A stretch of DNA of 64,000 nt from a virus (IMGVR_UViG_3300021400_000025:278479-342478); one strand, 5' to 3'. Counted from the stretch's first letter, positions 1 to 10,328 are shown. Program-made: numbers and translations. The notes: generated by a model not told the origin, from the letters alone.

Positions 1-1778
1 TGTTGAGTATTTGGTATACTTTGCATATTGTTGAAATATTCATCGGTTGTTCTTTGATACCTATACCCATTAAAATTGGCAATATATGTGTATATTATGT
101 CGGAAGAACTACAGTTCTCATAGTAAGTTAAATAATTCTCCAAAAACACATTATAGAACTTGTATTGTATCAAGCTGGCACAGCCACAATGACAATCCAT
201 ATTGTATAATCGCACTCTATTTCCAGAAATTGGCTAATTTGGAAACTTCTAATATTGGTTGTAGAAATCAAATATCATGTTTGATGGATAGATAAAATCA
301 TCATCTATTTCCAAAATGAGGTCATTTTTATATTTCATCAAACACGGAACTGCTTTTTTCCATACTTTTGTGTCCTTTTCCACCCAATTTATTTCTATGT
401 TATTACTATGAATATAGTTCAATATTTCACAGGGAATATCCTATTCCATGTTTGGAAACTCATCAGTTGACAAGGTTATTATTATTTTATCCGGAGGAAA
501 TGTTTGTGCCAAGATTGAATCCAACATCGTTGGCAGTGTTCCAATTCTCTTTCTCCATGTTGTACATGACACTATTATTTTCTTTGTTGAATCAAAATAG
601 ATGTTTCTCTTCAACTAATCCAAATTCTCAGGTTTTATGTTAGAGATTTCATCAGATACAACAAATTCATATTTGCTTCCGTAGTTTGAATATGTTTCTC
701 TATTATTTGAAATAAAAAGCACAGCTTCCTTCCTGAGAAGTTTTTGATAATAATCCTCGTTTCCCTTCTACGATGAAGAACAATAATGTATTATTGGGGA
801 CGAATATACAAATATTGTTTTGGCGTTTGCCTTGCACACTCCATAGAACAAAATGGTATCCCCAACATATGTAGAAAACTCCTCTGGGATTTTCGTAAAC
901 AAATCTCTTTTTATGGTAAAATCCCATCCCTATCTATGCAATTTATCATGCTTGAATTGGTCATATACCTTATATATCAACTTATTGGAAATCATTTTAT
1001 ATTCCAATTTATTCGTGGCATGATTTATGATTCCCACATTTGGCTCTTTTTCCACAACTGAAATATTATCAGAAATAAAATTTTCGGGAATGGATAAATC
1101 GTTGTTCAAAAAACATAGCCACTCATTTTCTGCCATTTCATAAAATATATTCCATATGACATTAAGATGAATGGATTTCTTTAGACCCAATATATGCAAA
1201 GACCTATTCTTAAACGGCCAATGTGAATATAGAGAATTAAAATACTTTTGGTTTTTTTCAAGACCATCAGAACCATTATCAATGATAGTCAAATCAAAAT
1301 CAGAAGTCTAAACCAACAAGTCGTTGATTATTGACTATGTAAAGATAAAAGTATCCCCAAAATTTATCACAAGGACATTAATCTTGTTTTTGTTTTCGGA
1401 TTTGAACTAATAGTCATATATAACATTTGTTAGGTTAATAAAGTTTTTTCTTGGCTAAAGACAAATATTTTCATTATTTTTTGTGATACGAATTTCAATA
1501 ACAGAACTCTGACTATTTTTCAATTCAAAAGTAGAATGGTCATCCCAGTCCAACTTAACCTTCGGATGCGTCATCACATACTTCTTGACATCCTCTGGAA
1601 AATCCAGTATCCTCCTTGGGAACTTTTTTGAATCCAGTTGTAGAAGCACAAGGTCAGAAGGATTGCTGCCATTCAAATACGAATCAACGATGTCAGGAAT
1701 GTTCCTGACATCATCAACTTTCAATCTGATAGAAGTTTTCTCTGGTTCGGACATGGCTATATACACATCATATGGCAT
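1..1778 (-). CDS. Multi-domain glycosyltransferase (two GT-A/GT2-like domains), runs off the left edge; needs TAG=Gln
   Basis: One frame open from ATG 1778 to the window edge if 10 TAGs (1455,1407,1335,1308,930,768,615,441,249,234) are sense. Motifs: LLV[Q]TSDFDLTIIDNGS, WLCFLNND, IIVSCTTWRKRI..LDSILAQT, EIDDDFIYP (DxD). AT-rich. Confidence 0.8.
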
Positions 1779-1796
1779 GTGTATTTACCATTATCT

Positions 1797-1970
1797 TTAC
1801 CCAAACTGGAATTTTCTGTGAATTGTGTTGAAACAATCAGAATTGTCTGAACCACCTTGGCAATCTTTCACCAAAGTCTCAAGATAATCTAATGCCTCCT
1901 GTTGAGAATGGAACTTCACCTTTGAGTTTATCTTTGACTCCAACATTGCGCAAAACCTGCTGTAGTTCAT
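1797..1970 (-). CDS. Small late protein (57 aa) with N-terminal MNYSRFCAMLES
   Basis: GAAGGAG SD upstream, late-promoter motif at 1995-2002, TAA stop. Not in the supplied track (<60 aa). Confidence 0.55.
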   Translation of the reverse strand: MNYSRFCAMLESKINSKVKFHSQQEALDYLETLVKDCQGGSDNSDCFNTIHRKFQFG

Positions 1971-2020
1971 GTGTTTTCTCCTTCATATTTCATCTATTTA
2001 CCATTCCCCATATACAAACA

Positions 2021-2049
2021 ATGGCTGACCCATTTTACAGGTCAGCCAT
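2021..2049 (-). terminator. Intrinsic terminator hairpin
   Basis: ATGGCTGACC...GGTCAGCCAT inverted repeat downstream of 2076-2780. Confidence 0.6.
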
Positions 2050-2075
2050 CATCAATTCTGGATTCAGATTTCCCC

Positions 2076-2780
2076 TCACTTCTTCTGCTTGACGTAAATC
2101 TTGCAGATGCAGGGTTCGCCAATCTTCTTGTACTTCACGAAATCAACGCAGTGGCACTTCGTGTCCTTGTCCTTTGGCTGACATGGGCAGTATCCATCGT
2201 TCTTGTCAATGGCATCCAAAATCTTATTCACCTGCGCGGTGGTCAAAGACTCGTTGAGACGCACCTTGTATTCATCTTCCTCTGGTTCAGGGGTTGGTTC
2301 TGGCGTTGGCTCTGGAACGGGTGCAGGCTTATTTGCGAGATACTTGTCCAGCGTCTCCATCATGACCTTCGCCCCAGTGGCACCTGTCTTGTTGTTGCGC
2401 AAGGCATTGCCCTCGATTGCCTTGTCAAACACAACCTTGCCCTTTGCGTCATAGAGGGTGATTCTGAATCCAGGATAGTATTTCAACCCTGTCTTGTTGT
2501 AGATCCAGTTGTGGAGGGTCTGTCCCTTGTCCTTGTCGCCGGAATATTGGAACACGAAATATGCGTCCTGCTTTGCCATCCACTTCTTGAAGGTGGAGGT
2601 CAACATGCACTTCTCAGCAGCCACGCAATAGCCACATGCGTCTCCATTGGTCCATAACGCGACGATGAACTTGCCCTCCTTCTTCGCTTTGGAAAGAGTA
2701 GTGGCATAGTCCTTGTTCCACTCCCCCACCTTGGGGGTTTTCTTGGATCTAAGTTTCACGAAATCTGACGTTGTTCCCAT
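2076..2780 (-). CDS. Thioredoxin-like (CGYC) protein fused to a ferredoxin-thioredoxin reductase catalytic-like domain
   Basis: N-terminal WTNGDACGYC, Pro/Glu linker (PEPTPEPTPEP), C-terminal GYCPC..KCHC..PCICKIY resembling the FTR beta-subunit CPC/CPC/CHC pattern. Confidence 0.7.
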   Translation of the reverse strand: MGTTSDFVKLRSKKTPKVGEWNKDYATTLSKAKKEGKFIVALWTNGDACGYCVAAEKCMLTSTFKKWMAKQDAYFVFQYSGDKDKGQTLHNWIYNKTGLKYYPGFRITLYDAKGKVVFDKAIEGNALRNNKTGATGAKVMMETLDKYLANKPAPVPEPTPEPTPEPEEDEYKVRLNESLTTAQVNKILDAIDKNDGYCPCQPKDKDTKCHCVDFVKYKKIGEPCICKIYVKQKK

Positions 2781-2804
2781 TGTTTGTTACTCCTTGTAAG
2801 TAAA

Positions 2805-3143
2805 TCAACCATCGTTCTTGCAGCACTCTTCCACCGGGTCATGTCCAGGGCAAACCTCTGTGTCGTCGCAATAGGATATGAATTCAATCTTTTCCAAAGA
2901 CTGCTTTGAATCTTTCATCAACTTCTGCACGAAATCAACGCTGTCGAGAGCTTCTTTCAATAGAATGTCCTTGGATGTCTTTGACAATCCAATTGAACAT
3001 CTGATGTCCCGAAGCATATCCCTCAACTTTTTGATGATGTTCTCCACGTGATCGTATGTATATGGAGCATAACTTCTCGCTCCAGTTGGCAAACTGCCCT
3101 GTTGTTCATTGTTCATGTTGTATGGTTCTCCTTTGGTTTCCAT
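2805..3143 (-). CDS. Hypothetical protein
   Basis: ORF in the co-directional early cluster, TATAAT just upstream, TGA stop. Confidence 0.6.
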   Translation of the reverse strand: METKGEPYNMNNEQQGSLPTGARSYAPYTYDHVENIIKKLRDMLRDIRCSIGLSKTSKDILLKEALDSVDFVQKLMKDSKQSLEKIEFISYCDDTEVCPGHDPVEECCKNDG

Positions 3144-3212
3144 ACAACAATTATACCTTTTTCAACTTGTCAAGTATCTGGGAAAACTGATGGACAACTG
3201 TGCATTCCCGCA

Positions 3213-3566
3213 TCATGACTTCTTGAACTTAGTGTGCTTGAGGTTGTACAGAACATTGTCAATGCAATCAATGGAAGAGTTGCCTGGGTCGTTGAGGAGG
3301 ACTTCAAAATCCCAGAGCCTAAACAATATTGACTCGTCCCAATTGGAAACAAGCCTGGTTTCAAACCTATCGAATCCTCCAGATTCCCCGACCTTCACCT
3401 GTATTTTCTCATAGAGATCCTTGTCCCTATTGGCTTGGTCCGCCAGCTTCATCCCTTTCTTGCCAAGTGCCTTGAGCCTCTTCAACAAGGGCTTCATCTG
3501 GGCGTAGATTTCGTTCCCCTCCTTCTGGAGGGCTTCGTACTTTTCCTTGAACTGTTCAACATTCAT
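3213..3566 (-). CDS. Hypothetical protein (coiled-coil N-terminus)
   Basis: Start refined to MNVEQF; TGA stop. Confidence 0.6.
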   Translation of the reverse strand: MNVEQFKEKYEALQKEGNEIYAQMKPLLKRLKALGKKGMKLADQANRDKDLYEKIQVKVGESGGFDRFETRLVSNWDESILFRLWDFEVLLNDPGNSSIDCIDNVLYNLKHTKFKKS

Positions 3567-3705
3567 CTTCATCATCCTCATTATCATTCTCATTGGAGGA
3601 GTCAAACGCGCCAGCGAGATCAATGCTCAACCTCACAAGGCGAACCACGCCATAACCCACAATCACGGTCACAGCGCTTCCTACAACTACAACTCCGATT
3701 ATCAT
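3556..3705 (-). CDS. Small membrane protein (49 aa) with acidic tail
   Basis: AAGGAG SD; MIIGVVVVGSAVTVIVGYGVV...DDEDEC; directly downstream of promoter 3741-3769. Confidence 0.55.
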   Translation of the reverse strand: MIIGVVVVGSAVTVIVGYGVVRLVRLSIDLAGAFDSSNENDNEDDEDEC

Positions 3706-3740
3706 TGTTGTTCTCCTTAGATGTCCTCAAACATACCAGT

Positions 3741-3769
3741 ATTATACCACATCTGCCGGAGGATGTCAA
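3741..3769 (-). promoter_or_regulatory. sigma70-type early promoter
   Basis: TTGACA-N17-TATAAT on the minus strand. Confidence 0.8.
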
Positions 3770-3793
3770 GGGGGTGATTGTCCATGATTCATT

Positions 3794-4123
3794 TCACTTG
3801 AACACCAGCTTGCTGTGCTTTGTGGCCTCATGCGCCTTTTCAATCAGCTTGATATACTCAGGAACCGTGTACCCATGTATTCTCGGTTCCTCCTTGCTGT
3901 CGGATTTCTTGACTGACTTCTTCTTGTTTCCAGAGTAGTCCCTAATCGTGGTGGTCTGAACCTTGACCAGCTTCAGCCAGTCGGATGGGTGCTTCTCAAT
4001 TTCCTGTTCCATGAGGCAAACTGCCTCATCCCAGCCAAGCTCCTGCCCAGAAGTGAGGTCTGACCAGAACTCTCCCCCATTCCTGCTTCGCAGAATCCGA
4101 TAATATGAATAGTCCGTCCTCAT
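3794..4123 (-). CDS. Hypothetical protein
   Basis: Probable start MRTDYS after GGAGGA; part of an overlapping early operon. Confidence 0.55.
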   Translation of the reverse strand: MRTDYSYYRILRSRNGGEFWSDLTSGQELGWDEAVCLMEQEIEKHPSDWLKLVKVQTTTIRDYSGNKKKSVKKSDSKEEPRIHGYTVPEYIKLIEKAHEATKHSKLVFK

Positions 4124-4125
4124 GG

Positions 4126-4362
4126 TCAATCCTCCTCCCCATTTGGGTTCTTCTCCCACGCCGAAATGTCATGGATGTCCAACTTGACGCTTGGAACGAT
4201 GAGCAGGTCGTTCATGTGCCAATCCATCCCACAAATTGCGGTCTTCACTCCAATTGCGCATCCATCAGGGCACATCCATCCAGCAGGGGTGTTGACGCAC
4301 ACCTTCACGTCCATGAATGGATCCAGATTGTCCAGGGCATCCCTCAATTCCTTCACTGTCAT
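4126..4362 (-). CDS. Hypothetical protein (MTVKEL... type)
   Basis: ATGA overlap with upstream gene; resembles 8172-8519 (MTV.E..., G.DW..). Confidence 0.6.
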   Translation of the reverse strand: MTVKELRDALDNLDPFMDVKVCVNTPAGWMCPDGCAIGVKTAICGMDWHMNDLLIVPSVKLDIHDISAWEKNPNGEED

Positions 4363-4784
4363 TTCAGTTCTCCCTTCTCGTCATATTCTTCAAAGTCCTC
4401 AAGCACCGCCTTTGGAAACCAAATCTTCGTGTAGCCAGTTGGATACAACACGCCAACCAAGGTGGAGAATCCGTTTTCGCTCACCCTGTTCACAGTTTCG
4501 ATTTCAAGCAGACACTGTTCCTCCCCATTAAACACATAGGAGTCCCAAATGATTCCACGCTTTCCACGGCAATATGGGTCTGGATACTTGAACGAAACCC
4601 TGGCATAGGTCTTTCCTGCGCGTTTCATCCTCTCGCGCTTCTCCCATTCCTCTTCCGTCAAATTGACTGGAACATAGTTATGGTAGACTATTCCGCTGTT
4701 TTCTGATTTTGTCTCGTTGAACTTTCCAATGGCATACGCACTGTCCTTCACGAGCAGATATCCATCACTTTCCTTGATGTTCAT
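4359..4784 (-). CDS. Hypothetical protein
   Basis: ATGA-coupled ORF in early operon. Confidence 0.6.
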   Translation of the reverse strand: MNIKESDGYLLVKDSAYAIGKFNETKSENSGIVYHNYVPVNLTEEEWEKRERMKRAGKTYARVSFKYPDPYCRGKRGIIWDSYVFNGEEQCLLEIETVNRVSENGFSTLVGVLYPTGYTKIWFPKAVLEDFEEYDEKGELK

Positions 4785-5176
4785 GCCTCCAACGCCTCCT
4801 TCGCAACCTTGACTGCCTTGTGGAAATAATGTCCAGCCTCTCCACCAGTGGCATATCCAGCCTTGTTGATGCTTTCGTTCATTTCCTGTTCAAGGTGAAT
4901 GATGTCCTTGAGTGCTTTCTTATAATTGGCACATTTGCTTTTCTCGGCCCTATCTTCGTCCTCAAGGTCGGATGCCAAGGCATCCGCAAACATCTTCGCC
5001 ATTGGGGTCTGAAGTTTCATTTCCCTGATTTCCCTTGCCTCCCTCATCTTCGGAGACTCAAGTATCTCATCGCACCAATTCAAGATTGGCGCAAGTATGC
5101 CATCGCTGTGGTCTCCGTTCAAGATGTGGTTTCGGATTTTCTCCAATGCCTCTGTTGATGTCATTTCTTCTTCCAT
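4781..5176 (-). CDS. Hypothetical protein
   Basis: Overlapping ORF in early operon, TGA stop. Confidence 0.6.
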   Translation of the reverse strand: MEEEMTSTEALEKIRNHILNGDHSDGILAPILNWCDEILESPKMREAREIREMKLQTPMAKMFADALASDLEDEDRAEKSKCANYKKALKDIIHLEQEMNESINKAGYATGGEAGHYFHKAVKVAKEALEA

Positions 5177-5613
5177 CCTTTCTCCATGTCCTTTGTGGAA
5201 TCGTAGGTCTTTTCCTTCAACACGTTCAGGCGATAGTCCTTCTCAGTCAAGATTGCAGCAACGTCTTTCGCAACGTTTTTGCAGTAGGCAGACTTCTCCA
5301 GGAACTTCTTGATGTCTCCAATGGATTCTTCAGGCCACTTTCCTATCGTCCAAGGGTAATTAGGGTCGTCCATATCTGGGATCTGCTCCTTCGTGGGCTT
5401 TGGCAGAACCTTGAAAGCCTTCTCGTACTCGTCAAGCGCAGTCTGGTACACCCAATGGAGCCTTCTCCACTCATGGCAGGTATTTTTAGTTGGACGTTCA
5501 GTATGCAGACGATTGTACAGCCACTTGTACCACTTCCTCTGCTTGCCCCAGGATGCATATTCCCCTCCATATGCCACGAACGGATATCGTTTTCTGAATT
5601 CGTCAAAGTCCAT
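5161..5613 (-). CDS. Hypothetical protein
   Basis: ORF in early operon. Confidence 0.6.
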   Translation of the reverse strand: MDFDEFRKRYPFVAYGGEYASWGKQRKWYKWLYNRLHTERPTKNTCHEWRRLHWVYQTALDEYEKAFKVLPKPTKEQIPDMDDPNYPWTIGKWPEESIGDIKKFLEKSAYCKNVAKDVAAILTEKDYRLNVLKEKTYDSTKDMEKGWKKK

Positions 5614-5616
5614 TTT

Positions 5617-5892
5617 TTACCTGTCCTTTCTTCCAAGCATCTTGTCAAGCGCGTTCTTGGGGAAATGGAACCAGAATGGCTCTCCTTCATCGTCTTCAAG
5701 CATCACGCCATAGCAGTCTGAACGAGGTCTTACATACAACCTGCCACCATCGCAATAGCCAATGCTTCTGCTCTTGATTTCCCTTCGCATCAAATTGTAG
5801 TCGATGCTCTGGCTATAGTCAAGGTCAAGCCTTGCACCATAGTCAGATTCGTAGTTGTCCCACGTGAACAGTTCAGGATTCAGTTCTTCCAT
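5617..5892 (-). CDS. Hypothetical protein
   Basis: GGGAG SD, TAA stop. Confidence 0.6.
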   Translation of the reverse strand: MEELNPELFTWDNYESDYGARLDLDYSQSIDYNLMRREIKSRSIGYCDGGRLYVRPRSDCYGVMLEDDEGEPFWFHFPKNALDKMLGRKDR

Positions 5893-6109
5893 TCGGATCT
5901 CCCTTGTTGAAGTCAGTATGTCGAGCTACATATTGCGCAGCGCAAGCCATCACCATATCCAATTGAAACACAATCTGTGCAAATGCTTTTTTGGCTGCTG
6001 GATTGAACAACTCGTCAGCGTCCATCCTCAAGATATGCTGCACAAGTTCCTGTATGTTCAACAGGTCAGCATAGGCAATGGTCATCTTCCTTTCGTCAAC
6101 TGTCATCAA
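5873..6109 (-). CDS. Hypothetical protein
   Basis: Overlapping ORF in early operon. Confidence 0.55.
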   Translation of the reverse strand: MMTVDERKMTIAYADLLNIQELVQHILRMDADELFNPAAKKAFAQIVFQLDMVMACAAQYVARHTDFNKGDPNGRTES

Positions 6110-6405
6110 TGCGTTCCCCTACCAAAGTTGTCGTGTCCAGAAATCACCGCGTTAATCCCGATTGGTGCACTGTTGTGGAAATTGGTTATGAGACTCACTC
6201 CAAGTTTCTCAACGTTCTGCTTCTCCCAATCAAGGAATTCGTCTCTCGCAGCAAGGTACTTTTTCTGAATTGGCCAGTATTTCTCCGCCTTCGCGCCATT
6301 GATGAACAGATTCTGAGCTTCATCACTGAACTTGAGAACCTTTTCGTACCTCTTCTTCGCCTCTTCAAGCAACTTGTCGTAGTCAATTGTCATGTCAATG
6401 TTCAT
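6106..6405 (-). CDS. Hypothetical protein
   Basis: Probable start MNIDMT after AGGA; overlaps the stop of the upstream gene. Confidence 0.55.
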   Translation of the reverse strand: MNIDMTIDYDKLLEEAKKRYEKVLKFSDEAQNLFINGAKAEKYWPIQKKYLAARDEFLDWEKQNVEKLGVSLITNFHNSAPIGINAVISGHDNFGRGTH

Positions 6406-7033
6406 TTCCTGTATCTCCCATTTCAAGTATCTTGTCCCTTGTTCGATTATACACAATAATCCACCCAATGTCATCGAATATGCATCCAATCCCCCACAAC
6501 AGGATTGCTGTGTTCAAGGATGGCATGGCGAGAATGGCAATGGCGAAGCCAATCATGGCAACCCCATTCCGAAATATGGAGGCAGTGTTGTCGTACATTT
6601 CCCTCTGCTTCCCATTCCACAACTTTGACTGGAACATCATTATGCACTTGCCAATGAAGGTGGTGACTATTGACGCATAGAACGCGGTCAGAATGGCAAA
6701 CGCCCAGACGTTGTACTGGACAAAGACAAGGTAGGCTGAAATGAGAAAAGACCCAATTGACTCAAACATGGCAATCCAGGTAAAATACCTTATTGCTATT
6801 TCCCGCGCCTTGTTCTTCCATATCGCACCCATTATCAACGACGAAAGGCAAAACCAAGCAGCCTCCGCAGAAATGTACTCGGGTGGAAGCTTTGACATTA
6901 TCTCCTTCATCACAGGGGCATGTGAGTAGGTGTAGATGAATCCAGAAATGGCAGACGAAAACAGGAGAATTCCCTGGTTCTCCTGCACCTGGATGTTCAA
7001 TATCCTCTTGAAATATGTCCAGAACCTCGTCAC
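6395..7033 (-). CDS. Integral membrane protein, about 6 TM (half-MFS-like)
   Basis: About six hydrophobic segments; helix pattern resembles one half of an MFS transporter. Confidence 0.6.
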   Translation of the reverse strand: MTRFWTYFKRILNIQVQENQGILLFSSAISGFIYTYSHAPVMKEIMSKLPPEYISAEAAWFCLSSLIMGAIWKNKAREIAIRYFTWIAMFESIGSFLISAYLVFVQYNVWAFAILTAFYASIVTTFIGKCIMMFQSKLWNGKQREMYDNTASIFRNGVAMIGFAIAILAMPSLNTAILLWGIGCIFDDIGWIIVYNRTRDKILEMGDTGNEH

Positions 7034-7039
7034 TTTGAC

Positions 7040-7621
7040 TCACTTCTGATCGCCAGTGAACTCCCACTGGGACTTGACTTCGTAATAACCATCCTTCTGG
7101 TTCATCAGCTTCAACTCGTAGCCAATGTCATTGTTGTTTCCCGTATACGACACCGCCTCGTCAAGCAGCCATTTCACCGCAGAGTCGGAGAACTTGATGC
7201 CATACTTCTTGTGGGCGTATTCCACCCCCAGCATCGTAATCCACAGCTCAAACTGGTACTGGCTCGTGTCGTTCCAGGCATATCCCTTCACGATGGACGG
7301 GACCTTCTTCGTGAACTTGATGTGGGAAAGCTCATGGAAGAACGTGATGAACTGGCACTCAAGTGGGTTATCGCAAGCATGTGGATAGACGATTCCATCC
7401 ACCTCCTCTCCAGCTTTCACCTTGATGAATGGCGCAAGCATAATGGAATTTCCAGCTGAGCTACCATAGTTGTAGCCACCCATGCCCTCAGTCTTGGTGA
7501 GATACACAATCTCCACCTTCTCGTTCTTCGCAATCTCGGACATGACCTTCTTCACGGCCTTTTCCGTCCACTTGAAGACCTTCTGCACGGTTCCACGTTT
7601 TCTTATCGTCTTTGTCCTCAT
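7040..7621 (-). CDS. Putative zinc metallopeptidase-like protein
   Basis: TFFHELSH (HExxH) with a downstream Glu (QFELW). Confidence 0.5.
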   Translation of the reverse strand: MRTKTIRKRGTVQKVFKWTEKAVKKVMSEIAKNEKVEIVYLTKTEGMGGYNYGSSAGNSIMLAPFIKVKAGEEVDGIVYPHACDNPLECQFITFFHELSHIKFTKKVPSIVKGYAWNDTSQYQFELWITMLGVEYAHKKYGIKFSDSAVKWLLDEAVSYTGNNNDIGYELKLMNQKDGYYEVKSQWEFTGDQK

Positions 7622-7941
7622 TTTGACTTCCTCTCTGCCTGTTCAATGGCTTCCTGGATTATCCTCTTCACGAGCATTGGACCTTCTCCGGGAGAAACAT
7701 CCTCTGGTGGAGCGTCACCACACTTCATTGCCTCAATCCAACGTTCATGACACCAATTGGAAATATCGTCCAGAAGGTCATATACATCCTCAATCTTCTT
7801 GGGGTAAATCATCCATCCCATGCGCCAGATGTCGTCCGCGGACTTCTCCATCAAAGCCTTGCATGCATCCTCAAAGGCATCCTTGTCGGCGGCCTTGACT
7901 GCATCCCAAATCTTGTCCTTATATGGTTGAAAGTTGGTCAT
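7618..7941 (-). CDS. Hypothetical protein
   Basis: AAAGGA SD; ATGA overlap with the next gene. Confidence 0.6.
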   Translation of the reverse strand: MTNFQPYKDKIWDAVKAADKDAFEDACKALMEKSADDIWRMGWMIYPKKIEDVYDLLDDISNWCHERWIEAMKCGDAPPEDVSPGEGPMLVKRIIQEAIEQAERKSK

Positions 7942-7962
7942 TGTCGCATCCTTTCTTGATAA

Positions 7963-8175
7963 TCACGATTCATCGTCCCTGCAAAGGACGTCATAGACAT
8001 TCTGCATCTGGGGGTTGTCGGGAAATGTCCCACCGTACTGCCCGAAATAATAGGTCATTCTGTTCTTGGCTTCCTGGATTGTCTCCTTGAGCCTGTTGAT
8101 TTCGTCCATCAACTTCCTGTGTTCGCACTTTTCCATTCCACGGAAAGCGCAATCTTGGCAATCACATTCCATCAC
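7963..8175 (-). CDS. Hypothetical protein (CxxC..C)
   Basis: ORF in early operon. Confidence 0.55.
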   Translation of the reverse strand: MMECDCQDCAFRGMEKCEHRKLMDEINRLKETIQEAKNRMTYYFGQYGGTFPDNPQMQNVYDVLCRDDES

Positions 8176-8519
8176 TTCAGCATTCCTTTCAACTCTTCAT
8201 GGATTCTGTTCCTCAGATTCTCGTCTGGAATCTCATTCAACATCATGGATATTCGAGAGGCTGTTGCCAGATTCCGAGTCAACCGGCTTGAATAGTCCTT
8301 CAATTTCTCGGACATTGCCTTGCTCACCTCGTCGGCAGATGTGACCAATTGGATTTTTGGCTCCAAGATGAATTGCCCCATCGTCCAATCGAATCCCATG
8401 TACGCCCTTTCAACTGGAACAGTGGTGCTGCAAGACGCTTGCCACTTGTCGTGCTTCCTGACCACAAGTTCGCAGGTCTCATGCCCCTTCGCATGTTCAA
8501 TGAATTCGCCAACTGTCAT
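8172..8519 (-). CDS. Hypothetical protein
   Basis: ORF in early operon; N-terminus resembles 4126-4362. Confidence 0.6.
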   Translation of the reverse strand: MTVGEFIEHAKGHETCELVVRKHDKWQASCSTTVPVERAYMGFDWTMGQFILEPKIQLVTSADEVSKAMSEKLKDYSSRLTRNLATASRISMMLNEIPDENLRNRIHEELKGMLK

Positions 8520-8534
8520 GTCGTCAATTTCTCT

Positions 8535-8828
8535 TCAGATTCTGTTGAACGCCCTTATTGCAATCCTTTGACCAGACTTGTCTATGAATTCCTTCGCATT
8601 ATCAGGCAAAGTTCCATATATTGCGTCGGTCAAGATGTCAATGATGTTGTCTGGGTTGAAGTTGCCCTTGAGGGTAATGATTCTGCTTCCCTCCATCTTG
8701 CCTTGAAAGGTTTCAAGCCCAAAATGTACGAACCAAGAGCCAGTGAGATTGATTGTCTCTCCAGTCTGGTAGTCTGAACCAGCAATGTAAATGTCATTTG
8801 TTCCGTCTGTTGTTGCTTCCATGTTCAT
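8535..8828 (-). CDS. Hypothetical protein
   Basis: Start refined to MNMEAT downstream of promoter 8841-8869. Confidence 0.6.
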   Translation of the reverse strand: MNMEATTDGTNDIYIAGSDYQTGETINLTGSWFVHFGLETFQGKMEGSRIITLKGNFNPDNIIDILTDAIYGTLPDNAKEFIDKSGQRIAIRAFNRI

Positions 8829-8840
8829 TTCTCCATGTAT

Positions 8841-8869
8841 ATTATACAACAAAAGACGGCGACTGTAAA
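8841..8869 (-). promoter_or_regulatory. sigma70-type promoter embedded in a terminator-like hairpin
   Basis: TTTACA-N17-TATAAT; the -35 lies within the GACGG...CCGTC hairpin (8855-8878). Confidence 0.7.
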
Positions 8870-8912
8870 GCCACCGTCTCTCGCATCCTCTTTCTTCTGG
8901 TGATGCAATCAA

Positions 8913-10328
8913 TCATTCGTCATAGGGATAGATGCGCGATGCCGCATGGTTCCCCCAGAACTCCCTCTCGTTGGTGATGTCAAAATCATAAGGTTCAAAG
9001 TCAAGTCCAGGGTATTCATCGCTAATCAATCGGCAGACTTCGTCCCTCAGACCATTGTTTTCAATGTCATACTCGTTGTCTGGACCAACATTATCATAGT
9101 CAACAACGAATGATTCCGTGTTTCCAGACTCAATCCCAAACTCAGGATAGTCCACTGTCCACATTATCTCAATCTCACCCTCTGACGCAGACCACTCCCG
9201 TGGATCATCCATGTCCTCGTCAAAAATGTCCCCGTCCATCTTTGATGTTCCATCCGAATACTCCTCATCGTCAGCCGCAAGCCACTTGTCATAGAAATAG
9301 TCGTAGTCTTTCCCAGTGAGCTTGGAAAGTTCCTGAAACACCCTTTCACGCACCAGTGAATCGTCAGCGCCAATGACTTCATATACATTCTTCCCACTTT
9401 CAAGCGCATCAAGGACATCTTGGAAAGTTGAACGTCTTGACCCCATTTCATCTGCCATTTCCTTGTCCGAGGGGTATGCGTCCCTATACCAATCTGAGAT
9501 CTAGTCGTCCATGTCCGAAAACGCAGAACCAATATGCCCGCCACTGCTCTCGTGCCAATGTCCATTGCCGTACATCAACATCAGCTCAGAATGAACATCG
9601 TCCCAAGCCTCTGACCAATCTGGATCGTCAGTATCAATCACATCCTCAATGCCCCATCTTTGGTTAAGGTTGCGCTTGACGAACTCCCTGTCCCTTGGGT
9701 TCAGGATTTCCTGGTCGTCCAAGAAATCCTCTATGTCCCAAAGAGCATCATCAGACTCGCTCACCTGGGCTTCAATGCCATTCACCCTCATTCCGAAATC
9801 ATCCCTTGAGTGCTTGAGACGTTCAAGGTGATCCCTGTCTGCCTGGGTCAAGCCATCATCCCCCAATTCATGGTCATCCTTCTTTTTCTTTCCAAGGGCT
9901 TTCCACCTTTGGTGGAACTTCTCCACCTTGTCCATGAAGTCCTTGCTTGGCTTCCTCTTGCTGACAATCCTCGGCTTCTTGCCCTCGTTCGCGCTGAATC
10001 GAATCATGGAACAATTCTTGGTCTTGATGACATCCGGATCGTCGGATTTCTGAAGCGCATCCCATTTCACGGCAAACTCCTCAAAGCCCTGTCCAGAAGT
10101 TGGCTTCATGACTTGATCCCTGGCTTCCTTATCCACGAAGACATCATGGATTGAGTAGTCTGCGTTCATCAAGTCCTTGAGGGTACAGTACTGCTTGTTC
10201 TTCGGGTCGTAGAACAAGATTTCGTTGTTCTGGTTGTCCGCTATCGCTTGCATTCCATTCTGGTCGCAGCTTGAAATGACATCAGAGACATATTCCAGTC
10301 CCAGAGATTCATTGACAATTACCTTCAT
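8913..10328 (-). CDS. Acidic late protein, putative internal head protein (471 aa; one TAG at 9501)
   Basis: Track ORFs 9501-10328 and 8913-9458 are in one frame, joined through TAG (MDD[Q]ISDWYRDAY). Late promoter at about 10363. N-terminus MKVIVNES. Confidence 0.75.
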
